Shown: positions 26,817 through 41,271 of the stretch, piece by piece
Layout: the number at the start of each line of letters is the position of its first letter
Position numbering within the stretch: the first letter of the stretch is position 1
Assembly (NCBI GenBank): GCA_051294375.1
Contig: JBJCIZ010000239.1
Span: 1,254,983 to 1,318,982 of the forward strand
Direction of reading: 5' to 3'
DNA length: 64,000 bases
Source: Paraspadella gotoi
Taxonomy: Eukaryota > Animalia > Chaetognatha
Position numbers and translations under genes: made by a program
The notes under the pieces: model-generated
Seen by the model: the letters and a program-made list of their open reading frames with translations, nothing else
Databases searched by the model: none
What the model was told of the DNA's origin: nothing

Positions 26817-27585
26817 GAGAGAGAGAGAGAGAGAGGAGGAAAGAAGGAATTTTCAATTCCTACCTTGTTCCATATTTTTGTTCCCCTTTTTATCACATTA
26901 TTCCGTTTCCTCCGTTCATTCCATTTGTTCTATTTTTTTTTTCCTTTTCTCTTCTTTTATTCTTTTATTCTTTTATTCTTTTATTCTTTTATTCTTTTAT
27001 TCCATTATTTCTTTCTTTTTTTTTCTCTTCTCTTCTCTTTGACGACGAGGAGAAGTCACGTGACCGTCATCGCATTTTATTCCCTTTTGATTTTGTCTCC
27101 TTCGTTTTCGTATTCTTTCTTTGTACAATATACAATATACAATACGCATGGTAAATATTACTAGATTATTAAATTGCATCGCAGGAGAATCAACCTCCTT
27201 TTCCCTTAAATGATAGGTACAACCAATATAATAATTATCCATTCGTTTAATAAATAAGCTATCTCGCCCCTTAATTTGGGACAGGCTTTGCTGGTTTAAG
27301 GCCTCCATCACTCTTACAAGATAATGACATAGCAGGTCCCTGCAATTGTCAATCAAGACCCCCAGAGTAGCTGGCTTTCCTGTCAATGTAATTTATACAT
27401 AATATGTAATCATGCGTTCTGTTAACAACAACAGTAAACGTTGGGGCAAAGCGCCGACAAACGACGGCGTCCAACCTCGTATTCAATGCGATAGGAGGAC
27501 GACGACAACGATGACGACGACGACGAAGAACGGACGAGGTCATGAGCGGGTCAGCGGAAACAAGTTCGTCCCCACGGTGGAGAGC

Positions 27586-27624
<39 letters not shown>

Positions 27625-27626
<2 letters not shown>

Positions 27627-30600
27627 GTGCAAAAACTCTTCTCTCTCCATCAACATGGCAATCAACGACGCCGACATTGGGACGTCAACTGATGAGGAGG
27701 AGCCGCCCGAGATCAACGTCGTCAACCGGCGCCGCGACTTCCGCCCACAAAATGCAACAAGACCTAACGCAGCACTGAGCCCGCGCGGGCGCCGCAAAAC
27801 AAACCGGACGCCGCAAACGCATCGCGTTTGAGGCAAATCTGCCAATTTCACGCGAAATATGGCGACGCCGCCTATAGGTGTGAGAGAGGATGCGCCGTTA
27901 CGGCGACAAACGCCCATCAAAACCGGGAAACGGGCAGGCGGGAAGGCGCAGGTGAACGCCATTCCACGCCAGAAAGACAATTCACCAATCACCTCACACC
28001 TTCTACATGTCATCGACGCAACCGACGGACGAGCATGGTTGATCGACAGTGGCGCAATGCTATCTCTCATCCCGCCGACGCCGGAACAGCGCAACGCTGG
28101 ACCAGCAGGACCCCAATTACAAGCAGCAAATGGGACTCCTATCACCTGCTATGGCACCGTCCGAAAAACATTACTACGTTAGGCTGCCGCAGATTTCTTT
28201 TGACGTCCTTGTTTGCTGAAGTTACGCAGAGCATTCTCGGCGCGGATTTTTTGGCAGAATTTTTTCTTGGCACCAAACCAGCGAGATGGGATACTTCTCG
28301 GACCTAAAAGACTACTCTTACAATAGCCTGTGCAAGATCCCACGGTAGCGCCCTTCACACGTTCACTTTGTCGGCCAAGACAATCAATTTTACAAACTTC
28401 TCGACCGCTACCCATTACTCGCACGCCTACCTTTGAGATAAAAGAGCCAAAACATGGAATTCGTCACCATATCACCACCCAAGGCCCCCATGTCAAGCCC
28501 GCGCCCGTAGACTATCACCAGAGAAGCTGGCCGTGGCCAAGGCAGAGCTCGACAAGATGGTCGAACTGGGCGTTGGCCATGCGCGCAAAGAGCCAATGGT
28601 CCTCACCTCTCCATTGTGTACCAAAAGGAGATGGAGGGTGGCGCGTTTGTGGCGATTACCGCCAACTGAATTCAAAAACTATCCCGGACAGATACCCGGT
28701 GAAACTCTTGGCAGATTTCAACGCCCAGTTGGCGGGCAAAACGATTTTCTCGAAGATTGACCTCCTCAAGGGTACCACCAGATACCGGTGGCCCCTGAAG
28801 ACGTACCCAAGACGGCCGTGATCACGCCTTTCGGCCTATACGTTTTCCTGAGGACGCCTTTTGGCCTGAAAAATGCAGGCCAAGATTTTCAGAGACTCAT
28901 GGACGAAATTCTTGGCGATCTCCCGAGAGTCTATGTCTATCTCGACGACATTTTGTAGCAAGCGAGAATGAAGCACAGCACCTCAAAGACCTTGAAGAGG
29001 TGTTCGAATCTTTCAGGAAAATGGGCTTATCGTCAACCGCAAAAAGTGCGTCCTGTGCCAAGAATCTCTTGAATTCCTCGGCTATCATGTCGACGCCAGT
29101 GGCGTCAAACCACTCCCGCAGAGAGTTGACGCCTTGCGCCAAACAGCGTCTCCAACCACGGTCAAGGAGCTCCAACGTTTTTGGGCATGATTAATTACTA
29201 CCGTCGGTTTTATTCCGAAGGTAGCACATCATGCAACGCCGTTATACGACGCCCTCAAAGGGAAGCCAAGACGTTTGGAGTGGAGCGCCGACTGTCAAAG
29301 AGGATTCGAGGCTGTCAAAGAGGCCCTCGCCAACGCCGTCCTCCTCCGACATCCCAAAACCGGCGCCGTCTCTCTCACTCACAACTGACGCCTCCGATCA
29401 CGCAGTGGGCGCAGTCCTAGAACAACGCGGCTCCCAAGGATTGGAGCCGCTAGCCTTCTTTTCTGCCAAACTCAGCGACGCCCAGCGCAAGTGGCCGCCC
29501 TTTGACAGGGAACTTTACGGCGCCTTCAGAGCCGTAAGACACTTTCGCCCATGGCTGGAGGGACGCGCCTTCGTGTTATACACGGATCACATGAGTCTCA
29601 TCCATGCATTACATAAGAAAAGTGAACCTCAGACAGCGAGACACACCTTCCAACTCTTCAGCAATCTCAGAATACACAACCGACATCGCGCATGTTGAGG
29701 GAAGGCGAATGTCGTCGCTGACGCTCTGTCCCGTCCAAATTCAAGCGACGGAGATCTCCACAAAGCCCTTGAGCGACGAGAAAGGCCGAGCACCTTACCC
29801 TCATTGCAGCCGCAGTGCAACATCAGGGAATAGACCTTCAGGAGATGGCTCGTCAACAACCACTGGATAGAGATTTCCGGCGCCTTCTCCAAGACCGTCA
29901 ACGAGCCTCCATTTCAAGCGTGTTCAACTCGGAAATGAAACAATACTTGTCGACGTTTCAAATGGACCTCCGCGACCTTTTGTTCCTGAAGCATGGCGCC
30001 GAAAAGTTTTTCAGCACCATCACGACCTGGGTCACCCTGGCGTCGCACGTACCCGCGAAACTTGTCGCAGAAAAGTTTGTTTGGCCCTCTATGAGAGCCG
30101 ACGTCACCCGTTGGGCACGCGAGTGTATCGCCTGTCAAAGGGCAAAGGTCACCCGCCACACCATCCCCGAGATTGGCGAGTTCCACCGTCCCACCACGCA
30201 GATTCCAACATGTCCCCGTGGACATCGTCACCATGCCCATGTCTAACGGTTTCTCCCATCTTCTGACGGCCGTAGACCGCTTCACAAGATGGCCCATGGC
30301 AGTGCCCATCAAAGACACCACCGCCGCAACCGTCGCTGACGCCTTCGCGCATCATTGGTGGCGTCGTTTGGAATTCCTTCAGACATCACTACGGACAGGG
30401 GATCACAATTTTCCTCTGCAATCTGGAGACAATTGGCCAAGACATGGGCCTGCAAATTGCACCTAACGACGGCATACCATCCAGAAGCAAATGTTTTGTC
30501 GAGCGTTTTCCATCGCCGATAAAGGAGTCCATCATCGCCATCTCCGTCGACGAACCGCAGAGGTGGTATTGGAGACTTCCTGCTGCGCTACTCTCCATTC

Positions 30601-32046
30601 GTACGACTATCAAGCCAGATGTGGATGCTTCGCCAGCGCACAGTTAGTATATGGAGACGGCCTTTGCAGTCCTGGTGAGCTTCTTCCGTCAAGTCATTCA
30701 GAGGCCGACGAACGTGACACCCTGTCAACGCCTCCGAGACGAGCTGAGATTAGAGGTTGAGCGCTTACAACCAGCGCCAACGAGGCAGGCATCGTCAACC
30801 TCGCATTCATCTCCCAAACAGCCTCGCCACGTCCACGCATGTTTTTGTCGGCGCGGAGGCATTCACCCAACCCTCACCGCTCCCTACGAAGGCCCGTTTC
30901 GCGTCGTGGCGAGAAACAATTTAAACTTTCAAATCGAGATGCCAGGGAGAGGCGTGGAGACGATCGCCATAGCGCGCAATCAAACCTGCAAACGTTTTGG
31001 ACGACTCCGCCCAGATGAGGCGCATTCTGAGCCGCAATTCCGCCGCCCTCGCCTCCACCTCCGGCTCCGCCTCCTTCGCCTTCCCAGAGCCAACACGGCA
31101 CGTGACGTTCCCCAGTGCCATCAAAAACGAAGATCAAAACGCATCATTCCAGCCACCCCACTCAGCCTCCGGCGCCTTCCGTGGAGTCCAGACCTTCATC
31201 CACAGATGCCCCGGAATCGCACTCACCAACGCCCACGTCAGCGTCGTCGATCTGGCCTCCGTCCTTTCCCTCGAGCAAAGGCCGCTGATTCTTGTTGGCC
31301 GCGTCAACGCCAACGCAGCGACACGCCCAGATTACGGCGCGGTGTTGAGGCAGATCCTAACCCATCAAATCGAGCCAATCGTGAAGCCGACTTGCCAGTT
31401 TTCCTCGTCACCTGCCGCCTCCTCGTCTGGGGGGATGTGGGATTCGATCCCTCTTTCTTTGCGTTTCAATAGAAAGACTTAATTTGGATAAATAAAATAA
31501 CCATCTCCCGGATTCGATCCCGGGACTTTTCATCACGAACGGTGGATTAATGACTAATGCCATTCTGGTAATTGTTAAATAGATATTCCATTTTTTCCTT
31601 ATATAACCATTAACAAATAACAAATATGTCAAGACAAAAGAACATTCTAATTTACACATATTTTGCTAGAGCACACTAGCAGTATTTCATGGTTTCTATT
31701 TGTGGAACCTCTCCAATATATTTTCCTTGTGCTTTGATAAAGCTTTTATTTTACAACCAGATATTCTGTCTTCACTGGTTAACGTTTATTAATTATTTGC
31801 TTATTGTTATTAATGTTTTCTTATTGATAGTATTACTTGTTATTGCCTTTTACTTGTTAACGCATATAGAATATCTATATGCTTTGATTATTTTATTAAG
31901 GTACCAGATTTTAATGGCGAACAAATTAAGAACTTTTTTCTGAAACATTTTATTGAACGAAAACCGTCCAAACAATTCTTGAAACCCAACGACGCCGCGA
32001 GGAAGACTAACGCCGGTTCCATTCGTCTCCACGCCCTTGGCGCCGT
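27625..32046 (+). mobile_element. Second, 5'-truncated copy of the same Gypsy element (gag C-terminus, pol, PPT GGGGGGA, 3' LTR from 31436)
   Basis: Near-identical to 34515-38980. Contains CQFHAKYGDAAYRCERGC, WLIDSGA, YVYLDDIL, TTDASD and PYEGPFRV. Ends at a 25-N gap. Confidence 0.88.
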
Positions 32047-32175
32047 NNNNNNNNNNNNNNNNNNNNNNNNNCCTCTCTCGTATTAATCATTCATCCAACT
32101 CGTTGCTTCCTCAGCTCAACGCACATTAATCGATTCGAGCGATTCTAATTCTTTCCTTTCCCCGTGACTTACCTT

Positions 32176-32760
32176 TGTGGGATTCGATCCCTCTTTCTTT
32201 GCGTTTCAATAGAAAGACTTAATTTGGCATAAAATAAAATAAACATTCCGGGCATTCGATCCCGGTGGACTTTTTCATCCACGAACGGTGGATTAATGAC
32301 TTAATGGCCATTCTGCGTAATGTTAAATAAGATATTCCATTTTTCCTTTTAAACCCGCGGCCCGCAAAATTAACAAGATAAACAAATATGTCAAGACTAA
32401 AAGAACATTCTTAATTTACACATATTTTGCTAGAGCACACTAGCAGAAATTATTCATAGGTTTCTCGTGCTATTTGTGGAACCTCTGTCCAGATATTATT
32501 TCCTTAGTGCCTGCTCGTTTGTGAAATGGTCTGGAACATCCAACCCGGAAGAGCGCCGGAGACTGGAAATAAAGCTTTATTCTACAACCCAGATATCTGC
32601 CACTGGTTAACGTTTTATTAATTATTGCTTTTGTTAGTTTGGTAATGGTTCGTTTTCTGTGATCCTCGATTAGTGGAATGATGCCAATTGTTTACTGTAT
32701 GTTATTGCCTTTTTCGTGTACCTTGTTTAGAATCGCGACAATACTGTAGGAATAGAACGT
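32176..32760 (+). repeat. 5' LTR of the Gypsy element (noisy, 3' end unresolved)
   Basis: Begins TGTGGGATTCGATCCCTC, identical to the 3' LTR, and degrades progressively with insertions. Confidence 0.8.
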
Positions 32761-35700
32761 TCTATACTGGCTTTGTAGCTTACTCCTGTTTTAAGTTTTA
32801 CCAGGATGTCTTTCTGGGAGAAGGTCGAAGGAGGCGTGAGCCCGGAGGGCCGTGAGGGGCCTACAAACTGTAACGAGGCGACGAAACGTGCTGTTAACTG
32901 CTGGGAAACCATTTCAGATAATTTGAGACCGGAAAGCCTAACCATCCATGCGTCCCGGTAGCTCAACCGGATCCAATATCAATATAACGGTTTGGGCAGT
33001 TATATCTCGGCAAATGCCGCCCCGTAAATGCCGATCCGGCTCTGACGCCGCCCTCTCTTCGCAAAGCTCGATTCTGAAGTTACAATGGCGTTTCCTCCCG
33101 CCGCACCGGAAGCCGCGACAGGAAACTGATGACCTTTCGTTAACGGGCGGAACGGTGGAGGGTTCCATCGTGGCTCTCCCGCCGGTCCACCCCCGGAACA
33201 AGACCAACATGCCGTGGCTTGGGCGGAGGCCGTCTGTTGTGAGAAGAAGTTAGAGTGGCCTTGGCGCAATCATCGAATTCGGCCAACGGTTGGAACCGTA
33301 TTGCCCTGGGCCCTGGTTTGGCGTGAATTCCTAACGGGACACTCACTCTATCTACTCGTTGGTGCGAGACATATACGTATTAGCGCCTCTCACGGATCGG
33401 CCGAGGGCAGGCTCTATCCACCGGTTCGACCCTCGAATGGACCTACGAGCAATCCCTGGATGAAAGAGCCGGTCACAGGAACCGTGGCTCGAAAGGCCGT
33501 TCCACACCAAAATAAATTCAAAACCTAACCACATGTCCCAGCTTTGATGGTGCCGACCCGCTGCCCGTAAAGGTCAAGTGCCCGACCATTCCTTAGGCTC
33601 GCACATCTCCATAGCCGTCCAGGCAGTAGCCGGCAATGCCAGGCGCGAAAGAGTGGCTCCAACGTCTCGCTGGTCGTTTTTCCCCGTTACCGACCCGCGC
33701 GGGACGAGTAATGGACCCTAATGCGCTAGCGCGGACACACGATTCGGCCGCTCGGACTACATTTGCTCGGTTCGCCTTTCCCCATACTGGTAGAGTCCTT
33801 ATAGCCCGACGAGGAAATTGAAGCGCCGCCTAGAGCTTTCAAAACGACGCCGAAACCACCAGCGCTTTTACTTTTCCGCCGACCGACCGAGAGATTTTCG
33901 TCGACGCATCTACGACGATGGCAGAAGCTCCTCCATCGCAATCCGAAGTGGAAACACTCCGTACGGCGCTAGAAGCTGCCATGGCCGCCACCCGCGCCGC
34001 GCAAGAGGCACTCTCACGAGCGGAAAAACCCAAAAAGCCGGATCTCCCGACTTTCGACGAGAAAATATTGAGATATGGATCGCAGGGTAGAAGCTGCATA
34101 CACCGAGCGAGGGTAATCACCGCGAAGGATAAGTTTGGCTTCCTGGAGGCGAAGATCAGCGTCGATTTGGATCCGCGGATCAACGCCTTCCTATATGGCG
34201 ACCCCTCAGAAGAAAGGTGGACTGCGTTCATCAATTATCTCCGTGACGAATATGGATTGACAAAACGCACGTCAAGCTGAGCTTCTTCTCGACGCCAAGA
34301 TCTCAAGGGATGACATGCGTCCATCTCAACACCTCGCACGTCTCATTGAAAATCATCGCAGCAGGTCTCAATAGACGACATAAGGAAAGAATTGGTTTTG
34401 CGCAGGCGCTTCCTACATCTGTCAGACCAAGCGCATACGATCGACAGGGCAGAGACGTCGACGGGGCGGAAGTAGCTGCAATCGCCGACAAACATTTTGA
34501 CACGTCTGGGAGGCCTTTGTGCAAAAACTCTTCTCTCTCCATCAACATGGCAATCAACGACGCCGACATTGGGACGTCAACTGATGAGGAGAGCCGCCCG
34601 AGATCAACGTCGTCAACCGGCGCCGCGACTTCCGCCCACAAAATGCAAACAAGACCTAACGCAGCACTGAGCGCCGCGCGGCGCCGCAAAACAAACCGGA
34701 CGCCGCAAACGCATCGCGTTTGAGGCAAATCTGCCAATTTCACGCGAAATATGCGACCGCCCGCTATAGGTGTGAGAGAGGATGCGCCCGTTACGGCGAC
34801 AAACGCCATCAAAACCGGCGAGAACGGGCAGGCGGGAAGGCGCGAGGTGAACGTCCAATTCCACGCCAGAAAGACAATTCACCAATCACCTCACACCTTC
34901 TACATGTCATCGACGCAACCGACGGACGAGCATGGTTGATCGACAGTGGCGCAATGCTATCTCTCATCCCGCGACGCCGGAACAGCGCGCAACGCTGGAC
35001 CGAGCAGACCCCAATTAAGCAGCAATGGGTACTAAATGGCGCGTCGAAAACTTCGTTGCTGGAATTTCTTTACTCCTTGTGCTGACTAATGTAGAACTGC
35101 TCGACCGATGGGCAAGCTTACCGTTGGCTGACAAAACAGCAGGATACCAGGTCGCGCAGATGCCATTTGACTCTCTGTACGAAGCCATCCTAGACAAATG
35201 CGATGTAAGTAATAGCCGTCGCAGGATATTCCGCCAAATTCTGGACCAACCAGCAGTGGGACACCTTCACAACAAGATTTCGAGCCTCGTTGCAGATCCC
35301 ACTAGCGCTCACACGTTCACTTTGTCGGCAAGTACAATCAATTTACAAACTTCTCGACCGCTACCCATTACTCGGCACGCCTACCTTTGAGATAAAAGAG
35401 CCAAACATGGAATTCGTCACCATATCACCACCCAAGCCCCCATGTCAAGCCCGCGCCCGTAGACTATCACCAGAGAAGCTGGCCGTGGCCAAGGCAGAGC
35501 TCGACAAGATGGTCGAACTGGGCGGTGCCATGCGCGCAAAGAGCCAATGGTCCTCACCTCTCCATTGTGTACCAAAAGGAGATGGAGGGTGGCGCGTTTG
35601 TGGCGATTACCGCCAACTGAATTCAAAAACTATCCCGGACAGATACCCGGTGAAACTCTTGGCAGATTTCAACGCCCAGTTGGCGGGCAAAACGATTTTC

Positions 35701-38377
35701 TCGAAGATTGACCTCCTCAGATACCACCAGATACCGGTGCCCCTGAAGACGTACCCAAGACGGCCGTGATCACGCCTTCGGCCTATACGTTTTCCTGAGG
35801 ACGCCTTTTGGCCTGAAAAATGCAGGCCAAGATTTTCAGAGACTCATGGACGAAATTCTTGGCGATCTCCCGAGAGTCTATGTCTATCTCGACGACATTT
35901 GGTAGCAAGCGAGAATGAAGCACAGCACCTCAAACGCTGTTAAGAGGTGTTCGAATCTCTTCAAAATGGGCTTATCGTCAACCGCAAAAAGTGCGTCCTG
36001 CCAAGAATCTCTTGAATTCCTCGGCTATCATGTCGACGCCAGTGGCGTCAAACCACTCCCGCAGAGAGGTTGACGCCTTGGGCCAAACAGCGTCTCCAAC
36101 CACGGTCAAGGAGCTCCAACGTTTTTGGGCATGATTAATTACTACGCGTCGGTTTATTCCGAAGGTAGCACATCATGCAACGCCGTTATACGACGCCCTC
36201 AAAGGGAAGCCAAGACGTTTGGAGTGGAGCGCCGACTGTCAAAGAGGATTCGAGGCTGTCAAAGAGGCCCTCGCCAACGCCGTCCTCCTCCGACATCCCA
36301 ACCCGCGGCCGCTCTCTCACTCACAACTGACGCCTCCCATCACGCAGTGGGCGCAGTCCTAGAACAACGCGGCTCCCAAGGATGGGAGCCGCTAGCCTTC
36401 TTTTCTGCCAAACTCAGCGACGCCCAGCGCAAGTGGCCGCCCTTTGACAGGGAACTTTACGGCGCCTTCAGAGCCGTAAGACACTTTCGCCCATGGCTGG
36501 GAGGAGCGCGCCTTCGTGTTATACACGGATCACTAGAGTCTCATCCATGCATTACATAAGAAAAGTGAACCTCAGACAGCGAGACACACCTTCCAACTCT
36601 CAGCAATCTCAGAATACACAACCGACATCCGCCATGTTGAGGGAAGGCGAATGTCGTCGCTGACGCTCTGTCCCGTCCAAATCAAGCGACGGAGATCTCC
36701 ACAAAGCCCTTGGACGACGAGAAAGGCCGAGCACCTTACCCTCATTGCAGCCCAGTGCAACATCAGGGAATAGACCTTCAGGAGATGGCTCGTCAACAAC
36801 CACTGGGATAGAGATTTCCGGCGCCTTCTCCAAGACCGTCAACGAGCCTCCATTTCAAGCGTGTTCAACTCGGAAATGAAACAATACTTGTCGACGGTTC
36901 AAATGGACCTCGCGGACCTTTTGTTCCTTAAGCATGGCGCCGAAAAGTTTTCAGCACCATCCACGACCTGGGTCACCCTGGCGTCGCACGTACCCGCGAA
37001 ACTGGCGCAGAAAAGTTTGTTTGGCCCTCTATGAGAGCCGACGTCACCCGTTGGGCACGCGAGTGTATCGCCTGTCAAAGGGCAAAGGTCACCCGCCACA
37101 CCATCCCCGAGATTGGCGAGTTCCACCGTCCCACCACGCAGATTCCAACATGTCCACGTGGACATCGTCACCATGCCCATGTCTAACGGTTTCTCCCATC
37201 TTCTGACGGCCGTAGACCGCTTCACAAGATGGCCCATGGCAGTGCCCATCAAAGACACCACCGCCGCAACCGTCGCTGACGCCTTCGCGCATCATTGTGG
37301 TGGCGTCGTTTGGAATTCCTTCAGACATCACTACGGACAGAGGGGATCACAATTTCCTCTGCAATTGGAGACAATTGGCCAAGACATGGGCCTGCAAATT
37401 GCACCTAACGACGGCATACCATCCAGAAGCAAATGGTTTGGTCGAGCGTTTCCATCGCCGACTAAAGGAGTCCATCATCGCCATCTCCGTCGACGAACCG
37501 CAGAGGTGGTATTGGAGACTTCCTGCTGCGCTACTCTCCATTCGTACGACTATCAAGCCAGATGTGGATGCTTCGCCAGCGCAGTTAGTATATGGAGACG
37601 GCCTTTGCAGTCCCTGGTGAGCTTCTTCCGTCAAGTCATTCAGAGGCCGACGAACGTGACACCCTGTCAACGCCTCCGAGACGAGCTGAGATTAGAGGTT
37701 GAGCGCTTACAACCAGCGCCAACGAGGCAGGCATCGTCAACCTCGCATTCATCTCCCAAACAGCCTCGCCACGTCCACGCATGTTTTGTCCGGCGCGGAG
37801 GCATTCACCCAACCTCTCACGCGCTCCCTAGAAGGCCCGTTTCGCGTCGTGGCGCGAGAAACAATTTAAACTTTCAAATCGAGATGCCAGGGAGAGGCGT
37901 GGAGACGATCGCCATAGCGCGCATCAAACCTGCAAACGTTTTGGACGACTCCGCCCAAGATGAGCGGCATTCTGAGCCGCAATTGCCCGCCGCCCTCGCC
38001 TTCCACTCCGGCTCCGCTCCTTCGCCTTCCCAGAGCCAACACAGCGGCACGTGACGTTCCAGTGCCATCCAACGAAGATCAAAACGCATCATTCCAGCCA
38101 CGCCCACTCAGCCTCCGGCGCCTTCCGTGGAGTCCAGACCTTCACCCACAGATGCCCCGGAATCGCACTCACCAACGCCACGTCAGCGTCGTCGATCTGG
38201 CCTCCGTCCTTTCCCTCGAGCAAAGGCCGCTGATTCTTGTTGCCGCCGTCAACGCCACGCAGCGACACGCCCAGATTACGGCGCGGGTTTGAGGCAGATC
38301 CTAACCCATCAAATCTGAGCCAATCGTGAGCCGACTTGCCAGTTTCCTCGTCACCTGCCGCCTCCTCGTCTGGTGGA

Positions 38378-39014
38378 TGTGGGATTCGATCCCTCTTTCT
38401 TTGCGTTTCAATAGAAAGACTTAATTTGGATAAATAAAAAACCATCCCGGGATTCGATCCCGGACTTTTCATCACGAACGGTGGTTAATGACTAATGCGC
38501 ATTCTGGTAATTGTTAAATAGATATTCCATTTTTTCCTTTTAACCATTAACAAATAACAAATATGTCAAGACAAAAGAACATTCTAATTTACACATATTT
38601 TGCTAGAGCACACTAGCAGTATTTCATGGTTTCTATTTGTGGAACCTCTCCAATATTATTCCTTGTGCTTTGATAAAGCTTTTATTCTACAACCAGATAA
38701 TCTGTCTTCACTGGTTAACGTTTATTAATTATTGCTTATTGTTATTAATGTTTTCTTATTGATAGTATTACTTGTTATTGCCTTTTACTTGTTAACGATA
38801 ATAGAATATCTATATGCTTTGATTATTTTATTAAGGTACCAGATTTTAATTGGCGAACAAATTAAGAACTTTGTTCTGAAACATTTTATTGAACGAAAAC
38901 CGTTCCAAACAATTCTTGAACCCAACGACGCCGCGAGGAAGACTAACGCCGGTTCATCGTCTCCACGCCCTTGGCGCCGTTTGGAAGAAGTTGGCAATCC
39001 ATCGATTCGCCACA
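38378..39014 (+). repeat. 3' LTR (about 637 bp) of the Gypsy element
   Basis: TG...CA with 5-bp terminal inverted repeat; homologous to 32176 to about 32760 and to 31436-32046. Confidence 0.88.
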
Positions 39015-39205
39015 ACCTTACCTTACCTAATCTTCCATTAACACCGGCCCTTTTTTTCCCTTTCTCTTCCTTTTTTTTTTCCCTTTCCTCTTCTCTTCAT
39101 TTCCTTTGCCTTTTTTTTAGTTGCGCCGCGAGTACTCGCTGAGCTACTCTATAAGTCGGTCGGTCTGTCGGTCAGTCCGTCGGTCTGTATGTCTTTCTGT
39201 CTGTA

Positions 39206-39389
39206 GAAGACGATGCCGATGAACAAAAGTTCCCGAACTTCGGATCGGGCTGTGGTCCGTCACTACAGGTAGGTTAACGGCCCCGTCGCGCTTTCTTGTC
39301 TTGAATCAGCAGGGCGCGAACCCGAGTCCTCCTGCGCCATAGGTGCTTCCGATTCTCGGACGAGTAACGGGGTATGAAATACTACCGCT
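39206..39389 (-). mobile_element. SINE-like element, same family as 3090-3325 (internally deleted head)
   Basis: Reverse complement matches gcggtagtatttcata...gcacctatggcgc...ggactcgggttcgcgccctgctgattca...ggcatcgtcttc. Confidence 0.6.
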
Positions 39390-41129
39390 GGCGACGTCGA
39401 TCTTTCCCGCTTACGTTAAAAAAGCTTATATACGTTGGCAATACTATACTATTAATATAATAGTAATATAATAGCAATAGTTCGTTGCGTCATTTGTTAA
39501 ATCAGGAAAAATCTCAAATCTAATCTCATTTTAGCGCGAAATTCGTCTAATCTCTTTTTAATGCAAGATTCCATCAAGAGAAAATGTATGACCCTTTGAG
39601 CGTTAGCGTCTTTGATTGTTTTTTGATGTTTGATAGTTTCGTGTTTTGTTTTTTGTGTTCCCCGTTAATCGCGAAAACAGTGGCGGGAAAATGAATGTTT
39701 CGTTTCTTTTTTTTTTTCCTCGATGATAAGAAAATAGGAGGACTAAGACATGACGACGACGATTGAAGACGACGACGACGATGGCGACGATGACGATGAT
39801 GAAGACGACGATGAAGACGATGCCACGACGACAAAGACGACGACGAAGGAAGACGATAAAGACGACGACGACAAAGACAACAACGACGATGGCGACGATG
39901 GACGATGATGAAGAAGACGATGGCGACGACGACAGAGACGACGACGAAGACGATGATGAAGACGACGACGACGGAAGACAACACGAGACGATGGCGACCA
40001 TGATGATGAAGACGACGACGACGAAAGACGACGATGAAGACGACGATGAGAGAATGGCCACGAACAAGAGCGACGACGAAGAAGACGATGAAGATGACGA
40101 CCGACAAAGACAACAACGACGATGGCGACGATGACGATGATGAAGAAGACGATGGCGACGACGACAGAGACAACGACGAAGACGACGACGACGAAGACCG
40201 ATGAAGACAACAACGGAGACGATGGCGACCATGATGATGAAGACGATGACGACGAAGACGACGATGAAGACGACGATGATGGCGACGACGACAAAGACGA
40301 CGACGACGACGAAGACGATGACAAAGACGACGATGACAAAGACGGACGATGAAGACGACGACGATGGCGACGACGATGAGAACGACGACGACGAAGACGA
40401 CAAAACGTCGATGATGATGATGAAGACGACGACGATAAAGACGACGATGACGACGACAAGTACGATGCAACGACGATGAGAACGATGACGACGACGACGA
40501 CGACGACGACGACGAAAATGCCGACGACGTTTGGACGCCAAGTAAATTTTCGTTGAAGGTGATTAGTCGGGTGATTTAAGGAGTCTTTTCGTCGGTGATC
40601 AGTTAGAAGAACGAAAAAAAAAACAGGTTGCGAGGAGTGGTGATTGGTGATAGGGTGATGTGGAGTGGTGGGAAGAGAGGGAGAGAAAAGATAAAAATCT
40701 TATTCAAAAATTACTAATTTAGAATTTTTTTTGATTTATTTGATTTATTCGATTATTTTCATTTAATTGATTTCATTTAATTTATTGATTGATTGATTCA
40801 TTAAGTAATTGTGTGATTGATTGATTGATTTAATTACCGTATTATTTATTGATTTACGCAAGTAACTGGAATAAGGTGCTCTAATGTTTAACAGTCAACA
40901 AGTTAATGAAGGAATAAATGAAAAAGAAAATCAATGAATATGTTCAGTGGTAGTATTTCCACAGAATAATGAATTATGAATGAACGCAAGAAAGAATTAA
41001 TTTATGAATGATGAATTAATGCATGAATGAATTAATTAATTAGACCAATTTATTGATTTAAATAATGATACGAACGAATGGATAGAATTACCGAATGAAT
41101 GAATGAATCCCTTTCTTCCCCATCCCCAG

Positions 41130-41271
41130 GCACGGTCCCCGTACAGCGTGCGCCGGTTGCGCTCTTCGAAGAACAAAGACCCGGATAACGAGCTTTGGTC
41201 TTGCGTTCTCAAAGACGCGAAAGAACGAGTTGGTCAGCCTCGTCTTTGCGAAGAACATAGGATGAGCGGAG
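41130..41271 (+). pseudogene. Frame-shifted duplicate of myosin exon 44429-44561
   Basis: Same splice sites and sequence but with multiple indels. Lies in the noisy first copy of a tandem duplication of about 3.3 kb. Confidence 0.8.

Larger units (their letters stand above)
32176..39014 (+). mobile_element. Ty3/Gypsy LTR retrotransposon (CsRn1-like, CHCC gag), full length, many apparent indels
   Basis: TGTGG...CCACA ends with ACCTT on both sides (32171-75, 39015-19). gag starts at about 33918, followed by protease WLIDSGA, RT (WSSPLH, WRVCGDYRQLN, YLDD), RNase H (LTTDAS, RELY) and integrase (HPG..CIAC, VDRFTRWP, YHPEANGLVERFHR), in the order PR-RT-RH-IN. Confidence 0.92.

Noticed and set aside
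27686-27700. Additional CTGATGA hammerhead-like cores (also about 33126 and 34581)
   Set aside because: No stem II-GAAA-helix III arrangement follows; they lie within Gypsy sequence.
41130-41271. Functional mutually exclusive myosin exon
   Set aside because: It differs from the intact copy mainly by frameshifting indels, and the flanking intron is co-duplicated.
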